From Hoeflea sp. (GTDB taxonomy: Bacteria > Pseudomonadota > Alphaproteobacteria > Rhizobiales > Rhizobiaceae): a stretch of 64,000 nucleotides of DNA. This document shows positions 1 through 10,204 of the stretch, one piece after another; the stretch's first letter is position 1, and each line of letters begins with the position of its first letter. The notes beneath the pieces were generated by a model. It was not told the origin of the DNA. It was given only the letters and a program-made list of their open reading frames with translations, and did not search any database. The DNA lies in NCBI RefSeq assembly GCF_043585085.1, contig NZ_CP121320.1; one strand, given 5' to 3'. Made by a program: the position numbers and the translations under genes.

Positions 1-2
1 CC

Positions 3-362
3 ATCAGCGACATGCTGCCCGACCGGTTGTCCTATCTCAAAAGCTATTTCCGGACCGACAGGACCAGCGGCTGGTTCTATGTGTCGTTGTCTGGCTGCGC
101 GATACTGTTCGGCTGGCTTTCCAATGCCGCGGCAAACGCCGCCACCGCTCACGACACCGCCAAGTGGACGCTGCTGGCCTGTTTCGCAGCGCTGGCGCTG
201 CTAGAACATCTTTTTCTGGTTCTGCCTGTTCGCGATTCCGCGCTCTGGGCCTGGGCCATGGAACGCAAGACCAGGAAAAAATCACCGCCAACCCGGGACA
301 ATTCGGGCGCAAATCTCTCAAAATCGGATTCCAAAACATCCCGCGCAGCAGCGCGGGCATGA
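3..362 (+). CDS. puhE: Photosynthetic complex assembly protein PuhE, C-terminal part (5' truncated by window edge)
   Basis: Frame open from the window edge; LSYLKSYFR and [20 protein letters not shown] are typical PuhE segments; lies directly upstream of hemA. Confidence 0.8.
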   Translation: MSDMLPDRLSYLKSYFRTDRTSGWFYVSLSGCAILFGWLSNAAANAATAHDTAKWTLLACFAALALLEHLFLVLPVRDSALWAWAMERKTRKKSPPTRDNSGANLSKSDSKTSRAAARA

Positions 363-382
363 CGCCAGGGGGACCTTACCAG

Positions 383-1600
383 ATGGATTTCAACACCTAC
401 TTCCAAGAGCAGCTCAACACCCTGCACAAGGCCGGCAATTATCGGGTCTTTGCAGAGCTCGAGCGTCATGCCGGCGGGTTTCCCAAGGCCACGCGCCATC
501 GCGACGATGGCAGCGTGCATGATGTCACGGTCTGGTGCTCGAACGACTATCTCGGGATGGGGCAAAACCCGAAAGTCATCGAAGCCATGCACAGCGCGAT
601 TGACCAATGCGGCGCCGGTGCTGGAGGCACCCGCAACATTTCGGGCACCAACCACGCCCATGTGCTGCTGGAGCGCGAACTGGCCGATCTTCACGGCAAG
701 GAATCGGCGCTGATCTTCTCATCGGGCTACGTCTCGAACTGGGCGGCGCTAGGGACGCTGGGCGCCAAGATCCCCGGTCTGATCATCTATTCGGACGCGC
801 TCAACCACGCTTCGATGATCGAAGGCATTCGCCACAGCCGCGCCGAAAAGCGCCTGTTCAAACACAATGACCCCAAGGATCTGGCCAAGGTGATGGCAGC
901 CGACGATCCGGCGGCGCCGAAACTGGTGGCCTTTGAAAGCGTCTATTCGATGGATGGCGACATGGCGCCGATCGAGGAGATCCTCGATGTGGCCGAGCGC
1001 TTCGGTGCGATGACCTATCTCGACGAGGTGCATGCGGTTGGCATGTACGGACCGCGCGGCGGCGGTGTTGCAGAACGCGATGGCCTGATGGATAGGGTCA
1101 CGATCATCGAAGGCACGTTGGGCAAGGCCTTCGGCGTGATGGGCGGCTACATCACCGGCTCCGCGGCCGTGTGCGATTTCATTCGCAGCTTCTCGTCGGG
1201 CTTCATCTTCACCACCGCGATCCCCCCAGCAATTGCCAAGGGTGCCACGGCTTCTATCCGGCACCTGAAGGCCAGCAAGAGCGAGCGCAGCGAGCACAAG
1301 GCAAGGGTCGCCCAGCTTCGCGCAGCGCTTGATGCCAAGGGCATCCCGCACATGCAGAATCCCAGTCACATCGTTCCGGTGATGGTGGGAGACGCCAAGA
1401 AGTGCAAATGGATCTCGGACATCCTGCTCGACAATTACGGGATCTATGTGCAGCCGATCAATTACCCGACCGTGCCGGTGGGCACCGAGCGGCTCAGGTT
1501 CACCCCGACGCCGATGCACAGTGAGGACGACATCCGCCATCTGGTGGACTCGCTGTGCGATCTGTGGTCGCAATGCGCGCTGTCGCGGGCTGTCGCCTGA
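383..1600 (+). CDS. hemA: 5-aminolevulinate synthase
   Basis: [33 protein letters not shown] and PLP lysine in GTLGKAFG; start moved to ATG 383 behind AGGGGGA. Confidence 0.96.
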   Translation: MDFNTYFQEQLNTLHKAGNYRVFAELERHAGGFPKATRHRDDGSVHDVTVWCSNDYLGMGQNPKVIEAMHSAIDQCGAGAGGTRNISGTNHAHVLLERELADLHGKESALIFSSGYVSNWAALGTLGAKIPGLIIYSDALNHASMIEGIRHSRAEKRLFKHNDPKDLAKVMAADDPAAPKLVAFESVYSMDGDMAPIEEILDVAERFGAMTYLDEVHAVGMYGPRGGGVAERDGLMDRVTIIEGTLGKAFGVMGGYITGSAAVCDFIRSFSSGFIFTTAIPPAIAKGATASIRHLKASKSERSEHKARVAQLRAALDAKGIPHMQNPSHIVPVMVGDAKKCKWISDILLDNYGIYVQPINYPTVPVGTERLRFTPTPMHSEDDIRHLVDSLCDLWSQCALSRAVA

Positions 1601-1696
1601 GAGGCGTTCTGGCGTCAGCGCAGCCGTACAGATTTCAAGACGCATGCCCTGCCCTGCGGCAGCGGTTGCGCTCACAAGCTCAAAGGAGGCCTTCCG

Positions 1697-2461
1697 GTGG
1701 CGGTGGTGACATTTTCGCTTTTCGGGTTTTCCTCCCTGCGCCAACGCCTCTGGGCGTTTTCGCAGATGGGTCTGGCAAAGCCGTCGCTGCGCAAGACACC
1801 GGACCTGGGCTTTTTCAAACTGATGGGCACGGGGTCGGGCGCAGGGTTTTCCACCCGGCCAAACTTCGGCGTCTACTCCCTGCTGGCCGAATGGCCGTCG
1901 CTGGAGATCGCGCGTGAACGCATCAGATCTGCCAGATCGTTGTCAGGCTACCGGAAAACAGCTGACCGCACTGCAACGGTCTATCTCGAGCCCGTTTCGT
2001 CACGCGGCCAGTGGGACGGACATCATTTCGACACTGGCCCTGAGGCACCGGAACAGTGCATGCCGCTGGTAGCGATGACCCGCGCCTCGATCCGGCCATC
2101 GAAGCTGATCCGGTTCTGGAGCCGAGTTCCAGCCATCTCGGATGCTGTTGAGCGTGAGCCCAGCCGGCGTTTCATGATCGGCACCGGCGAGATCCCGTGG
2201 CTGCACCAGGTCACGTTTTCACTGTGGAATTCGGTCGATGAGATGGAACGCTTCGCGCGCACGAGCCCGACCCATGGCGAGGCCGTAAGGCAGGCCTATC
2301 ATGACAACTGGTTTAGCGAATATTGCTTTACACGCTTCAACCTTCTGGCCATGGATGGCCATTGGGAGGGGTTGACGAACGTCACCGAGCGGGCTGAAAC
2401 GTCCGTGAACGATCCGCTGGACAGCCGGGCGATTGCGGCCCGCCTCGCTGCAGCACGCTGA
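1697..2461 (+). CDS. crtA: Spheroidene monooxygenase
   Basis: FFKLMGTGSGAGFS, IGEIPWLHQVTFSLW-like and PTHGEAVR segments match CrtA; GTG start with GGAGG at 1685-1689. Confidence 0.85.
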   Translation: MAVVTFSLFGFSSLRQRLWAFSQMGLAKPSLRKTPDLGFFKLMGTGSGAGFSTRPNFGVYSLLAEWPSLEIARERIRSARSLSGYRKTADRTATVYLEPVSSRGQWDGHHFDTGPEAPEQCMPLVAMTRASIRPSKLIRFWSRVPAISDAVEREPSRRFMIGTGEIPWLHQVTFSLWNSVDEMERFARTSPTHGEAVRQAYHDNWFSEYCFTRFNLLAMDGHWEGLTNVTERAETSVNDPLDSRAIAARLAAAR

Positions 2462-2475
2462 GACAGGACATTGCC

Positions 2476-3000
2476 ATGAACGCGCACCCGATCATCATTC
2501 CTGCCATTGCCGAGGACGGCTCGCTCTATCCGGTGGAGAAGCTGAAGGCGCATGAGGACGGGCTGTTCCATCTTGCCATCTCGATCTTCGTGTTCGATGG
2601 CGAGCACCTGCTGATCCAGAGGCGGGCGGCATCGAAATATCACTGCGGCGGGCTGTGGGCCAACACCTGCTGCTCGCATCCCTATTGGGACGAGCCGAGT
2701 GACAGTTGCGCCCGCCGGCGTCTGAAGGAAGAACTGGGATTCAATGTGCCGCTGTCACGCCGCAGGGTGGTGGAGTACTCCGCCGATGTCGGCGGCGGGC
2801 TGCACGAGCACGAAAAGGTCACCATGTATGTCGGCAACGCCGACAGGGCGATGCTGGAGATCAAGCCAAACCCGCTTGAGGTCGACGAGGTTCGCTGGGT
2901 CACGCCCGCCGATCTGGCAACCGAGATTGCCGTGCATCCGGAGCGGTTCACACCGTGGTTCCGGATCTATGCCGAGCGCTATCCGGACCTGCACGTCTGA
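2476..3000 (+). CDS. idi: Type 1 isopentenyl-diphosphate delta-isomerase
   Basis: HLAISIFVF, LWANTCCSHP, RRLKEELG and EHEKV Nudix-type IDI motifs. Confidence 0.93.
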   Translation: MNAHPIIIPAIAEDGSLYPVEKLKAHEDGLFHLAISIFVFDGEHLLIQRRAASKYHCGGLWANTCCSHPYWDEPSDSCARRRLKEELGFNVPLSRRRVVEYSADVGGGLHEHEKVTMYVGNADRAMLEIKPNPLEVDEVRWVTPADLATEIAVHPERFTPWFRIYAERYPDLHV

Positions 3001-3043
3001 CCGTCACAGGGCCCGGCCGCAAGCCTGCAATTTCACTTGCTGA

Positions 3044-3090
3044 ACCAAAAGACATCACCCCGGGACTTCACCGGGGTGAAGTCTTTTGGT
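3044..3090. terminator. Bidirectional hairpin downstream of idi
   Basis: ACCAAAAGAC/GTCTTTTGGT outer arms and TCACCCCGG/CCGGGGTGA inner arms. Confidence 0.7.
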
Positions 3091-3203
3091 GACCAGAAAA
3101 CCGGTGACGGTTGTGCCGGAGACGCAGACCTTCGATCCGTTCGGAGCGACGTTCGCCGAGCTGGATTGTGATGGTCTTCAAGCGGATTGCAAAAGCATAA
3201 AGA

Positions 3204-3229
3204 GCCGGAGATCCGTTGGGATCTCCGGC
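3204..3229 (-). terminator. Intrinsic terminator of the puf operon
   Basis: Perfect 11-bp stem GCCGGAGATCC/GGATCTCCGGC with 4-nt loop, followed by a T-rich run on the minus strand. Confidence 0.75.
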
Positions 3230-3277
3230 CCTTGGTGCGCAAGCCCCGCTGAGGGAAAGCACGGCTTGCGGCAGGGC

Positions 3278-4438
3278 TCAATCGGCGGAGGCCAGAGCCG
3301 TTGCTTCGGTGCCGGTGGCGGCCCCAGTGTTGGCAGGAGTGAGCGCTGACGTGTTCGTCGAGCCCATCACCTGGGTTTCACCGGGTTTGTAGGTTGTGAA
3401 GTCAGGCACATCGGTGTTGGTTCTTGTGCCCAGTGAATCCACGAATTCCTTGAGCATCGAGACGCCGTAGAGTGGCTTCTGAACGCCGTTGTGGCAGGTG
3501 GCGCAGGAGACCTTGAGCACATCGCCCTCGGGTCCCTTGCGGTTGTCCGGGAACACGGGAGCGAGGCCGGTCATGTAGGACTGGTTGATCTCGCGTGCCA
3601 TCCGGATGCCGTGCCAGGCGGTCACGCGCTGCGGCGGGCTCTGGTCCCAGTCGTTGAAGGCGCGGGAGTTGTGACAGGTCATGCAGTTTGCCCCGAGGCT
3701 TTCCGACATGTGCATCATCAGAGCCCAAGTCTCCTCGGTCTCCTTGGTGGTGGTCGGGTTCTCGCCATTGGGCAGAGCTGTGAGCGAATGCACCCGGATC
3801 GGCTTGTCGTCAAGCAGATAGCTTTCCAGCGCATTTGTCGGCATCGAGGTGTTGCCGACCTGCTCGCCAACGATGTTTTGACCATCGCGCCATCCCAGCG
3901 CCCTGCCCTTCTTGCCAGGTCCGAGATCTGTCGACCAGACATTGGCCGGAACCGGCTGGCCGCGATGGCAAGTGTAACACGTCACGCCCACGTCACCGAC
4001 GTGGGTCTGCCAGTCCACATTGATGGTCTGGGTCATCTGGATCATCCGGCGGGCGACGACCTTGGTGTAGACATCATCAAGCGCCAGGTTTTCCTCATTG
4101 TGGCAATAGGCGCAGCCCTGTTCGGGCGCTATCCACTCGGTGATCGAGGCCATGAACAGATTGAACTGATCATCCGAAAGGTCTCCGAGAACCTGAACGT
4201 TCTCGTAAACATCGCCCGCCCGATCCCCTTCCGGATCCGCTTCATAAAGCAGTTCGGGAATAACATTGGCGAGGCGCAGGTCCGCCTGCTTCTCACGGTC
4301 CATGGAGTGGAACATGCCGGTTCCGCGGTAGCCGATCTGTTCGGTGTCGATCGGGGGGAAATCCCAGTCGGCGCCGAAGAGGACGGCAGCGCCGACAAAC
4401 ACGCCGGCAGCGGTGGCAAATGGTATCCAGAGTTTCAT
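3278..4438 (-). CDS. pufC: Reaction-centre-bound tetraheme cytochrome c subunit
   Basis: Four CxxCH motifs (CAYCH, CYTCH, CMTCH, CATCH) with axial Met/His contexts; follows pufM. Confidence 0.96.
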   Translation of the reverse strand: MKLWIPFATAAGVFVGAAVLFGADWDFPPIDTEQIGYRGTGMFHSMDREKQADLRLANVIPELLYEADPEGDRAGDVYENVQVLGDLSDDQFNLFMASITEWIAPEQGCAYCHNEENLALDDVYTKVVARRMIQMTQTINVDWQTHVGDVGVTCYTCHRGQPVPANVWSTDLGPGKKGRALGWRDGQNIVGEQVGNTSMPTNALESYLLDDKPIRVHSLTALPNGENPTTTKETEETWALMMHMSESLGANCMTCHNSRAFNDWDQSPPQRVTAWHGIRMAREINQSYMTGLAPVFPDNRKGPEGDVLKVSCATCHNGVQKPLYGVSMLKEFVDSLGTRTNTDVPDFTTYKPGETQVMGSTNTSALTPANTGAATGTEATALASAD

Positions 4439-4442
4439 GATC

Positions 4443-5405
4443 TTAACCCCCTATGGCCGGATCGACGACTGCTGGCCACAGGTCGGGCAATGGCGCGACG
4501 ATGCCGTGCTTGATGCCCCAGAGGTACCAGTTGTCGACCACGGTGCCGGTCAGCAAGATGCCGATGCCGCCAGTGATCGGTGTAAGAACCGCGAACCACC
4601 AGGCCCAGCGGTGGATGGATTCCATCGAGGCGTTGAAGCCCATGGTCCATCTCCAGAACAAAGCCGCACGCTCAGATGCGGTGCCGCGGTCGGTGATCTG
4701 CTCGAGCTCGCGCTCGCCGCCATAACGGGTGACGGCAAGGATTGTCGCACCATGCATGGCGAACAACAGAACCGAACCGTAGAGGAAGACGATCGAGAGG
4801 CAGTGGAACGGATTGTAGTAGAGATTGCCGTACCGGATCGAGAACGCTGCGGTCCAGTCCAGATGCGGGAAGATGCCGTAGGGCACCGCTTCGGCCCAGT
4901 TGCCCATCAGCAGCGGCCGGAACAGGCCGAGCACCAGGAACAGCCAGATCGCCGCGCCAAAGGCCCAGAAGATGTGGGTCCCGAGACCGAGCGCACGGGC
5001 CCTGACATAGATCCTCGCCCACCACAGCAACACGGCTGCAAGCAGAAAGACGCTGGAGATGATGTACCAGCCGCCATCATTGAGCGGCGGGATCGACAGG
5101 CCGTATTTCGCCGGCGGCGGCTCCAGCGCCAGCCAGAACAGCTGTCGGATGAACTGGAACGGGTCCCAGCCGACCGAGGCCAGCATGTTGAAGCCGACGG
5201 TGACAAACCAGATGCTTCCGCAGATCAGCGAGGCCGTGCCCAGAAAGCCGAGATAGATCGGACCGATCTGGGCGTTGCCGAGCCAGCCGGCAAGCCAGTT
5301 GTAGAAGGGGCGGCCGATGCGTTCATCGTCGCCGCGCGGGAGCGGGATGCCGGCCTCAACCGGGCCCCGGACCTGCACTTGGGTAAAGATGTTTTGATAT
5401 TCCAT
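4443..5405 (-). CDS. pufM: Reaction centre M subunit
   Basis: [12 protein letters not shown] start; [38 protein letters not shown] and SIHRWAWW retain His182, His202, Tyr210, His219, Glu234 and His266 equivalents. Confidence 0.99.
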   Translation of the reverse strand: MEYQNIFTQVQVRGPVEAGIPLPRGDDERIGRPFYNWLAGWLGNAQIGPIYLGFLGTASLICGSIWFVTVGFNMLASVGWDPFQFIRQLFWLALEPPPAKYGLSIPPLNDGGWYIISSVFLLAAVLLWWARIYVRARALGLGTHIFWAFGAAIWLFLVLGLFRPLLMGNWAEAVPYGIFPHLDWTAAFSIRYGNLYYNPFHCLSIVFLYGSVLLFAMHGATILAVTRYGGERELEQITDRGTASERAALFWRWTMGFNASMESIHRWAWWFAVLTPITGGIGILLTGTVVDNWYLWGIKHGIVAPLPDLWPAVVDPAIGG

Positions 5406-5418
5406 GGTCAGGTCCCTT

Positions 5419-6264
5419 TCAGCTCCAGATCGGCAGATCGAGCCACCAATTCCACCATTGCGGCCAACCCTGGTTCCAGAGCGGACCGGAGATGACAATG
5501 CACACCGCGCTCCAGAAACCTGCGTTCAACGCCAAGATCAGGCCCAGCCGGTGAATGCCGAGCGTGCCGACCGAATAGCCAATGATGTCGCGGAAGAATG
5601 TGTCTTCATATTCAGGGGTCTTGACTTCCATCGGCTTGTTCTCGCGGGTCCCGTCGCGGCCGGGATTGGCGGCCGACAGGATCAGGCCACCATGCAGCGA
5701 CAGCGCCAGCGTCGTCGTGAAGAACAGGCTCACGGCCAGCATGTGGGCCGGGTTGTAGTGGAAGTGGAGATATTGATAGCCGACGTTGGACACCCAATCG
5801 AGATGGCTGAAAATGCCATAGGGGAAACCATGGCCCCAGGCGCCCAGCAGCACCGGGCGGATCACCACGAGCGTGACATAGGCGAAAATCGCGACCGAAA
5901 AGGCAAAGGGCACGTGGTAGCCGATGCCCAGCTTTCGGCAGATTTCCACTTCCCGCAGCGCCCAGGACGCAAAGGCCCCGATCGCGCAGATGGTTATGAT
6001 CTGCCAGAGCCCCCCTTCCGCCAACGGTGCGAGGCCGAGACCATAGCTCAGGTCCGGCGGGGCGATCGATATGCGCCAGATGTTCCAGGTCGGCCCGATG
6101 GCTGCGCCATAGAGGATCAGAGCAGTTCCCACCGCCGAAAAGAACGCTGTGGTCAGGCCGAAGAACCCGACATAGAAGGGTCCGACCCAAAAATCGAACA
6201 GGTCACCGCCCAACAGGGTGCCACCGCGAACGCGGTATTTTCTTTCAAAACTCAGCAGCGCCAT
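5419..6264 (-). CDS. pufL: Reaction centre L subunit
   Basis: [36 protein letters not shown] and GIHRLG. Confidence 0.99.
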   Translation of the reverse strand: MALLSFERKYRVRGGTLLGGDLFDFWVGPFYVGFFGLTTAFFSAVGTALILYGAAIGPTWNIWRISIAPPDLSYGLGLAPLAEGGLWQIITICAIGAFASWALREVEICRKLGIGYHVPFAFSVAIFAYVTLVVIRPVLLGAWGHGFPYGIFSHLDWVSNVGYQYLHFHYNPAHMLAVSLFFTTTLALSLHGGLILSAANPGRDGTRENKPMEVKTPEYEDTFFRDIIGYSVGTLGIHRLGLILALNAGFWSAVCIVISGPLWNQGWPQWWNWWLDLPIWS

Positions 6265-6326
6265 CGCTCATCTCCATCCCCGCAGGCCGTTGCGGACATC
6301 TCTCAGTCTCATTCCTGGTTTCGACC

Positions 6327-6360
6327 GCGGGCGGAGGGCCGAAGTCCTGATTCCGCCCGC
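6327..6360 (-). promoter_or_regulatory. pufA-pufL intercistronic stem-loop (mRNA stability element)
   Basis: GCGGGCGGA/TCCGCCCGC arms enclosing GGAC-UUCG-GCCC on the mRNA strand. Confidence 0.7.
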
Positions 6361-6378
6361 AGTCATTGTTGTCAGCGT

Positions 6379-6576
6379 TCAGCCGATCATCGAGGGAATA
6401 AGCCCCAGGATGGTCGCCGGTTCGAGTGCGCCGGTCACGACCGGTGCGCCCTCGAGCCAGTTGAAGCGTGCCGTGCTGAGCAGGACGAGATGAATCATCA
6501 CAGCCAGCGCGAACAGGAAGACGCCTTGGACGACCAGCGTTTTGCGCGGGTCGAAAATCATCCAGATTCTCCACAT
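6379..6576 (-). CDS. pufA: LH1 alpha chain
   Basis: [11 protein letters not shown], conserved His in IHLVLLS, RFNWLE; SD AAAGGAG. Confidence 0.98.
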   Translation of the reverse strand: MWRIWMIFDPRKTLVVQGVFLFALAVMIHLVLLSTARFNWLEGAPVVTGALEPATILGLIPSMIG

Positions 6577-6588
6577 TTCGCTTCTCCT

Positions 6589-6810
6589 TTACGCGAGCAT
6601 TGGCAGGAGTGAGGTCACGGTCTGGCCAACGCCTTCAAGCGAAGCGTAGCCTTCCGGACCCGGGATCCACGGCCGCCAGAACCACACGAGAAGATGCGCG
6701 ACCACGGCGATTGCCACGAACCCGATCATCCCCTGGAGGTAGTACGAGTGGAACTCCTGTGCTTCGCCTTCGGTCATTCCCGAAAGCGAAACGGTGTTTG
6801 GACTGGACAT
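6589..6810 (-). CDS. pufB: LH1 beta chain
   Basis: [14 protein letters not shown] and [12 protein letters not shown]; SD AGGAGG. Confidence 0.98.
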   Translation of the reverse strand: MSSPNTVSLSGMTEGEAQEFHSYYLQGMIGFVAIAVVAHLLVWFWRPWIPGPEGYASLEGVGQTVTSLLPMLA

Positions 6811-6926
6811 TGAAGTACCTCCTAGTCACAAGCGCTGCGGTGCCCCGCAGCCGGGTGCCTCGGTCCACCGGAAACCGGCGGCCTTGGCGGGTTTTGCCGG
6901 CTTTGGACACCGGCAAACTGGTTCGG

Positions 6927-7163
6927 TCAGGCGAGGAACGCGTAACCGGCAGTGGCATGGGCCGAAGCCCGCGCCTCTGCGAAAATGGATTGGCCATGGG
7001 TCTCGACCGTCCGGCCGCGAAACGCCGAAAGCGCCCGCGATGCCGCCACCATGACGAAACAGATGACGAAGGCGAGTGCCACCAGAAGCCGGTACTCGAT
7101 ACGGTCGGTCCGGGATTGCCCGCGGGCTGCCTGCCGATCTCTATGATGGATTGTCATGGTCAT
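6927..7163 (-). CDS. pufQ: PufQ regulatory protein (78 aa)
   Basis: EYRLLVALAFVICF hydrophobic segment and SIFAEARASAHATAGYAF tail; between bchZ and pufB; SD GGGAGA. Confidence 0.85.
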   Translation of the reverse strand: MTMTIHHRDRQAARGQSRTDRIEYRLLVALAFVICFVMVAASRALSAFRGRTVETHGQSIFAEARASAHATAGYAFLA

Positions 7164-7200
7164 CGCACTTCTCCCTGATTGCCGGATATGAACCGGCGTT

Positions 7201-8661
7201 TCATGCAGCCCGCCCGCGCCTGAGCGCGCGCGAAGCCTGATCCACATCGTCTTGAATGACCTGTTCGGCGCCACGCGCCCGGGCTTGTGCCTCGGATGCA
7301 TCGCGGAGCCGTTTGGCCGCGGAAATTCTCACCAGCACCGGCTCCAGGCCGATGGCGTGATCGAGTTTTGCCTTGGCTTCCGGGGCCCAGGGGATCTCGC
7401 CGCGCAACTTGACTGGCGTTGCCTCGACCTGGTCCATGTCGGTGGCCAGCGGAAGGATTGAGAACAGCGCGTCAAAGAGCGCGTTGCAGACTTCCTGGAT
7501 CAGCCAGGACGCGCCCGAATAGCCCATCACCGGCGTGCCGGTGTGGCGCCGGATGATCGCCCCGGGGAACGACACCGGGACGTAGATCGCCCGGCTGCCG
7601 GCTTCGGCGAGATACATGCGCTCATTGTAGGAGCCAAACATCACCAGCGGCGGCTTGTCCCTGATCAGTTCGCGGATCGCCTGGTTGTCGGTTTTCTTGC
7701 CGGCAATGCGCTGGACCGAAAACGAACAGGGCATGCCCATCTCGTCGGTGAGGAAATTGCGGATGCCGCGTTCATAGGTTTCGCCGGCCACGATGGCGTA
7801 GCTTGCGGTGGCGAAGAAATCCTGGGTGACCGAGCGCCACAGATCCCACATCGGCTTGAGCGTAGTGTGCTTCTCGCGCTCGATGAACGGCTCGGGATCA
7901 AGTCCTAGGATTTCGCCGAGCGAGCGCAGGAACGCCGTCGTCGAGTGGATGCCGATGGGGGCCTGGAGATAGGGCCGGTCGAGCGCCTCGCAGAGCAACC
8001 TGCCGAATTCCCGGTGCAGACAGACATTGGCCTCCGCATCGGCAAGCTTGGAGACATCAGCCAGATGGCTGCCGAGCGGGAAGGTCATGTTGACTTCGGC
8101 GCCGATGCCTTCGATCAGGCGGCGGATTTCGGCCAGATCCGAGGGCTGGTTGAAGGTGCCGTAAATCGCGCCGATGATGTTGACCTTGGGTTTCTCGCCT
8201 TCCTTGCGGGGCTTGACCTCACGGACCTTGCCCTTTTTCGGGCCATATTCGGTCCACAGCCATTTCAGCGCCCGATCGGCGGATTGCCACTGGTCCTCGT
8301 CGATGGTGCGGGGCAGAAAACGCTGGATGTTCATGCCTTCCGGCGTCACGCCGCCGCCGATCATCTCGGCGATGGAACCGGTGACGACGACTGCCGGCAG
8401 ATTGGGATCGAGCACGGCGCGGGCACGCTTCATCGCGGCTTCGGTGCCGTGCTGGCCGAGCTCTTCCTCGCCCAGGCCGGTGACGACGATGGGCAGTTCA
8501 TGCGGCGGCAGCGCATCAGTGTAATGCAGCACCGAGGTGACCGGCAGGTTTTCGCAGCCCACCGGACCGTCGATGATCACCTGCATGCCCTTGATCGCGG
8601 TGAAGACATAGACCGAGCCCCAATAGCCCCCTGCCCTGTCATGATCTATGATCAGAGTCAT
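7201..8661 (-). CDS. bchZ: Chlorophyllide a reductase subunit Z
   Basis: [31 protein letters not shown]; C-terminal PCP-red-like tail. Confidence 0.97.
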   Translation of the reverse strand: MTLIIDHDRAGGYWGSVYVFTAIKGMQVIIDGPVGCENLPVTSVLHYTDALPPHELPIVVTGLGEEELGQHGTEAAMKRARAVLDPNLPAVVVTGSIAEMIGGGVTPEGMNIQRFLPRTIDEDQWQSADRALKWLWTEYGPKKGKVREVKPRKEGEKPKVNIIGAIYGTFNQPSDLAEIRRLIEGIGAEVNMTFPLGSHLADVSKLADAEANVCLHREFGRLLCEALDRPYLQAPIGIHSTTAFLRSLGEILGLDPEPFIEREKHTTLKPMWDLWRSVTQDFFATASYAIVAGETYERGIRNFLTDEMGMPCSFSVQRIAGKKTDNQAIRELIRDKPPLVMFGSYNERMYLAEAGSRAIYVPVSFPGAIIRRHTGTPVMGYSGASWLIQEVCNALFDALFSILPLATDMDQVEATPVKLRGEIPWAPEAKAKLDHAIGLEPVLVRISAAKRLRDASEAQARARGAEQVIQDDVDQASRALRRGRAA

Positions 8662-10202
8662 GTGCCCACAGCCTCCCCGGAATCGACCGCATTTTTCGAT
8701 GCGGCGGCCTTGGCGGCGAATTTCTTGCGGAAGGCCGGACGATCCACTGGCGTGTCTTCCCAGACACCGGCATTGTCGCCATGGCCGACGCCTTCGAAGA
8801 AGTCCTTCATCCGGTCAAAGCGCGGCTTGTTGTCGATCGCCGCGTTGACCACGGCAGCCAGCGAGCCCGCACCGGCTGGTCCCATCAACGGCCGGGCCGA
8901 GATCAGGTTGGTAAAGTAGAGCGCCGGTGTGGCCTGTTCCTTGGCCTTCTGCACAACCGGCGTGGTGCCGATGGCGAGATCCGGCTTGAACTCGGCCATG
9001 GCGGCCAGGTCCTGCTCAAGCGAGGCGCGGTATTCGACATGAACGCCATGGGCTTCAAGCCAGTCGGCATCCAGCCTGGAGAACTCCGTCTTCGGGCAGG
9101 CGGTGCCGACATATTTGAGATCCGCGCCGCTTTCGACCAGCAGTCTGGCAACAATCAGCTCGGAGCCTTCATAGCCCGAGAGCGTGATGCGGCCCTTAAT
9201 GCGGTTTTCAGACAGGGCGCCGCGGATCGCTCCGCCAAAGGCGTTGCGGGCCGCGTCGATGCGGGTCTGGGAGACGTTGCAGCTGTCACCGATCGCCTGC
9301 AGCCAGCCGTCGGTGCCTTCAAAGCCGACCGGCGCGGAACCGATCACGGTGCGGCCGGCAGCGCGGAATGCGCGGACGGAAGCGGTGTAGAAGGGATGAA
9401 TGGCGGCAACGGCAGCGCAATCGAGCGCGGCATAGAGCTCACGCCATTCGCGAACCGGGACAACCGGACCGGCGGCAAGGCCCATTGGCTCAAGCATGGC
9501 TGCGATCATCATCGGATCGGCGGGGAACATCTCACCCAGGAGCGTGATCGAGGGACGTTCCTCGACACCGGCGCGCGGTGCCTGAACCGGACCGCTCTCG
9601 GCCTCCTCGTGGGCGTAAGTCAGCATCGCCGAGGACAGGACATCCTTGGCTTCCGCATGGGTCGGCACACCAAAACCCGGCACATCAATGCCGACAATGC
9701 GCACACCGTTGATCTGTTTGGGGAGCATCTGCAGCGGAACACCCGAGGCGGTCGGTACACACAGACTCGTCACCACGATGGCGTCATAGGCCTCCGGATC
9801 GGCCATCTCGTGGACCGCGTCGCGGATGTCCTCGTAGAGCTTGCCGGTGACCAGCGATTCCGAATTGAACGGCACATAGCCGACCGAGCGCTTGGCGCCA
9901 TAGAAATGCGAGGTGAAGGTCAGCCCGTAGACGCAGCAGGCCGAGCCCGAGAGGATGGTGCCGACGCGGCGCATCCGAAGCCCCACTCTCAGCGAGCCAA
10001 AGGCCGGGCACATGGATTGCGGCTGGTCATGCGGGCCTTTCGGATAATCCGCCTCAAGCCGTTCCATCAGGTCGGATTTGCCCGAGGCCATGGCCTGGGC
10101 TTTCATCTTTTCGGCGCCGGAGGCACAGGACATGCCTTCGGCGGGCGTATCATCAACCGACACGGGGGCTAACTCTTCTCGATTTGGCGAAAGATCGTCC
10201 AT
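8658..10202 (-). CDS. bchY: Chlorophyllide a reductase subunit Y (start ATG 10202 or GTG 10208)
   Basis: [24 protein letters not shown] and SLCVPTASG cluster-ligand motifs. Confidence 0.97.
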   Translation of the reverse strand: MDDLSPNREELAPVSVDDTPAEGMSCASGAEKMKAQAMASGKSDLMERLEADYPKGPHDQPQSMCPAFGSLRVGLRMRRVGTILSGSACCVYGLTFTSHFYGAKRSVGYVPFNSESLVTGKLYEDIRDAVHEMADPEAYDAIVVTSLCVPTASGVPLQMLPKQINGVRIVGIDVPGFGVPTHAEAKDVLSSAMLTYAHEEAESGPVQAPRAGVEERPSITLLGEMFPADPMMIAAMLEPMGLAAGPVVPVREWRELYAALDCAAVAAIHPFYTASVRAFRAAGRTVIGSAPVGFEGTDGWLQAIGDSCNVSQTRIDAARNAFGGAIRGALSENRIKGRITLSGYEGSELIVARLLVESGADLKYVGTACPKTEFSRLDADWLEAHGVHVEYRASLEQDLAAMAEFKPDLAIGTTPVVQKAKEQATPALYFTNLISARPLMGPAGAGSLAAVVNAAIDNKPRFDRMKDFFEGVGHGDNAGVWEDTPVDRPAFRKKFAAKAAASKNAVDSGEAVGT

Positions 10203-10204
10203 GA

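Noticed and set aside
164-382. Long N-terminal extensions given by the ORF track (hemA, pufM, bchC, bchD, ugd, epimerase and others)
   Set aside because: They overlap upstream genes or promoters; downstream starts have SD sequences and match family N-termini
3068-3181. KTITIQLGERRSERIE segment resembling a ribbon-helix-helix antitoxin
   Set aside because: Very short, no SD, no partner toxin, between two terminators; likely chance
3033-3281. ORF overlapping the pufC stop as a possible pufX
   Set aside because: No transmembrane helix, crosses the puf terminator and has no PufX-like sequence
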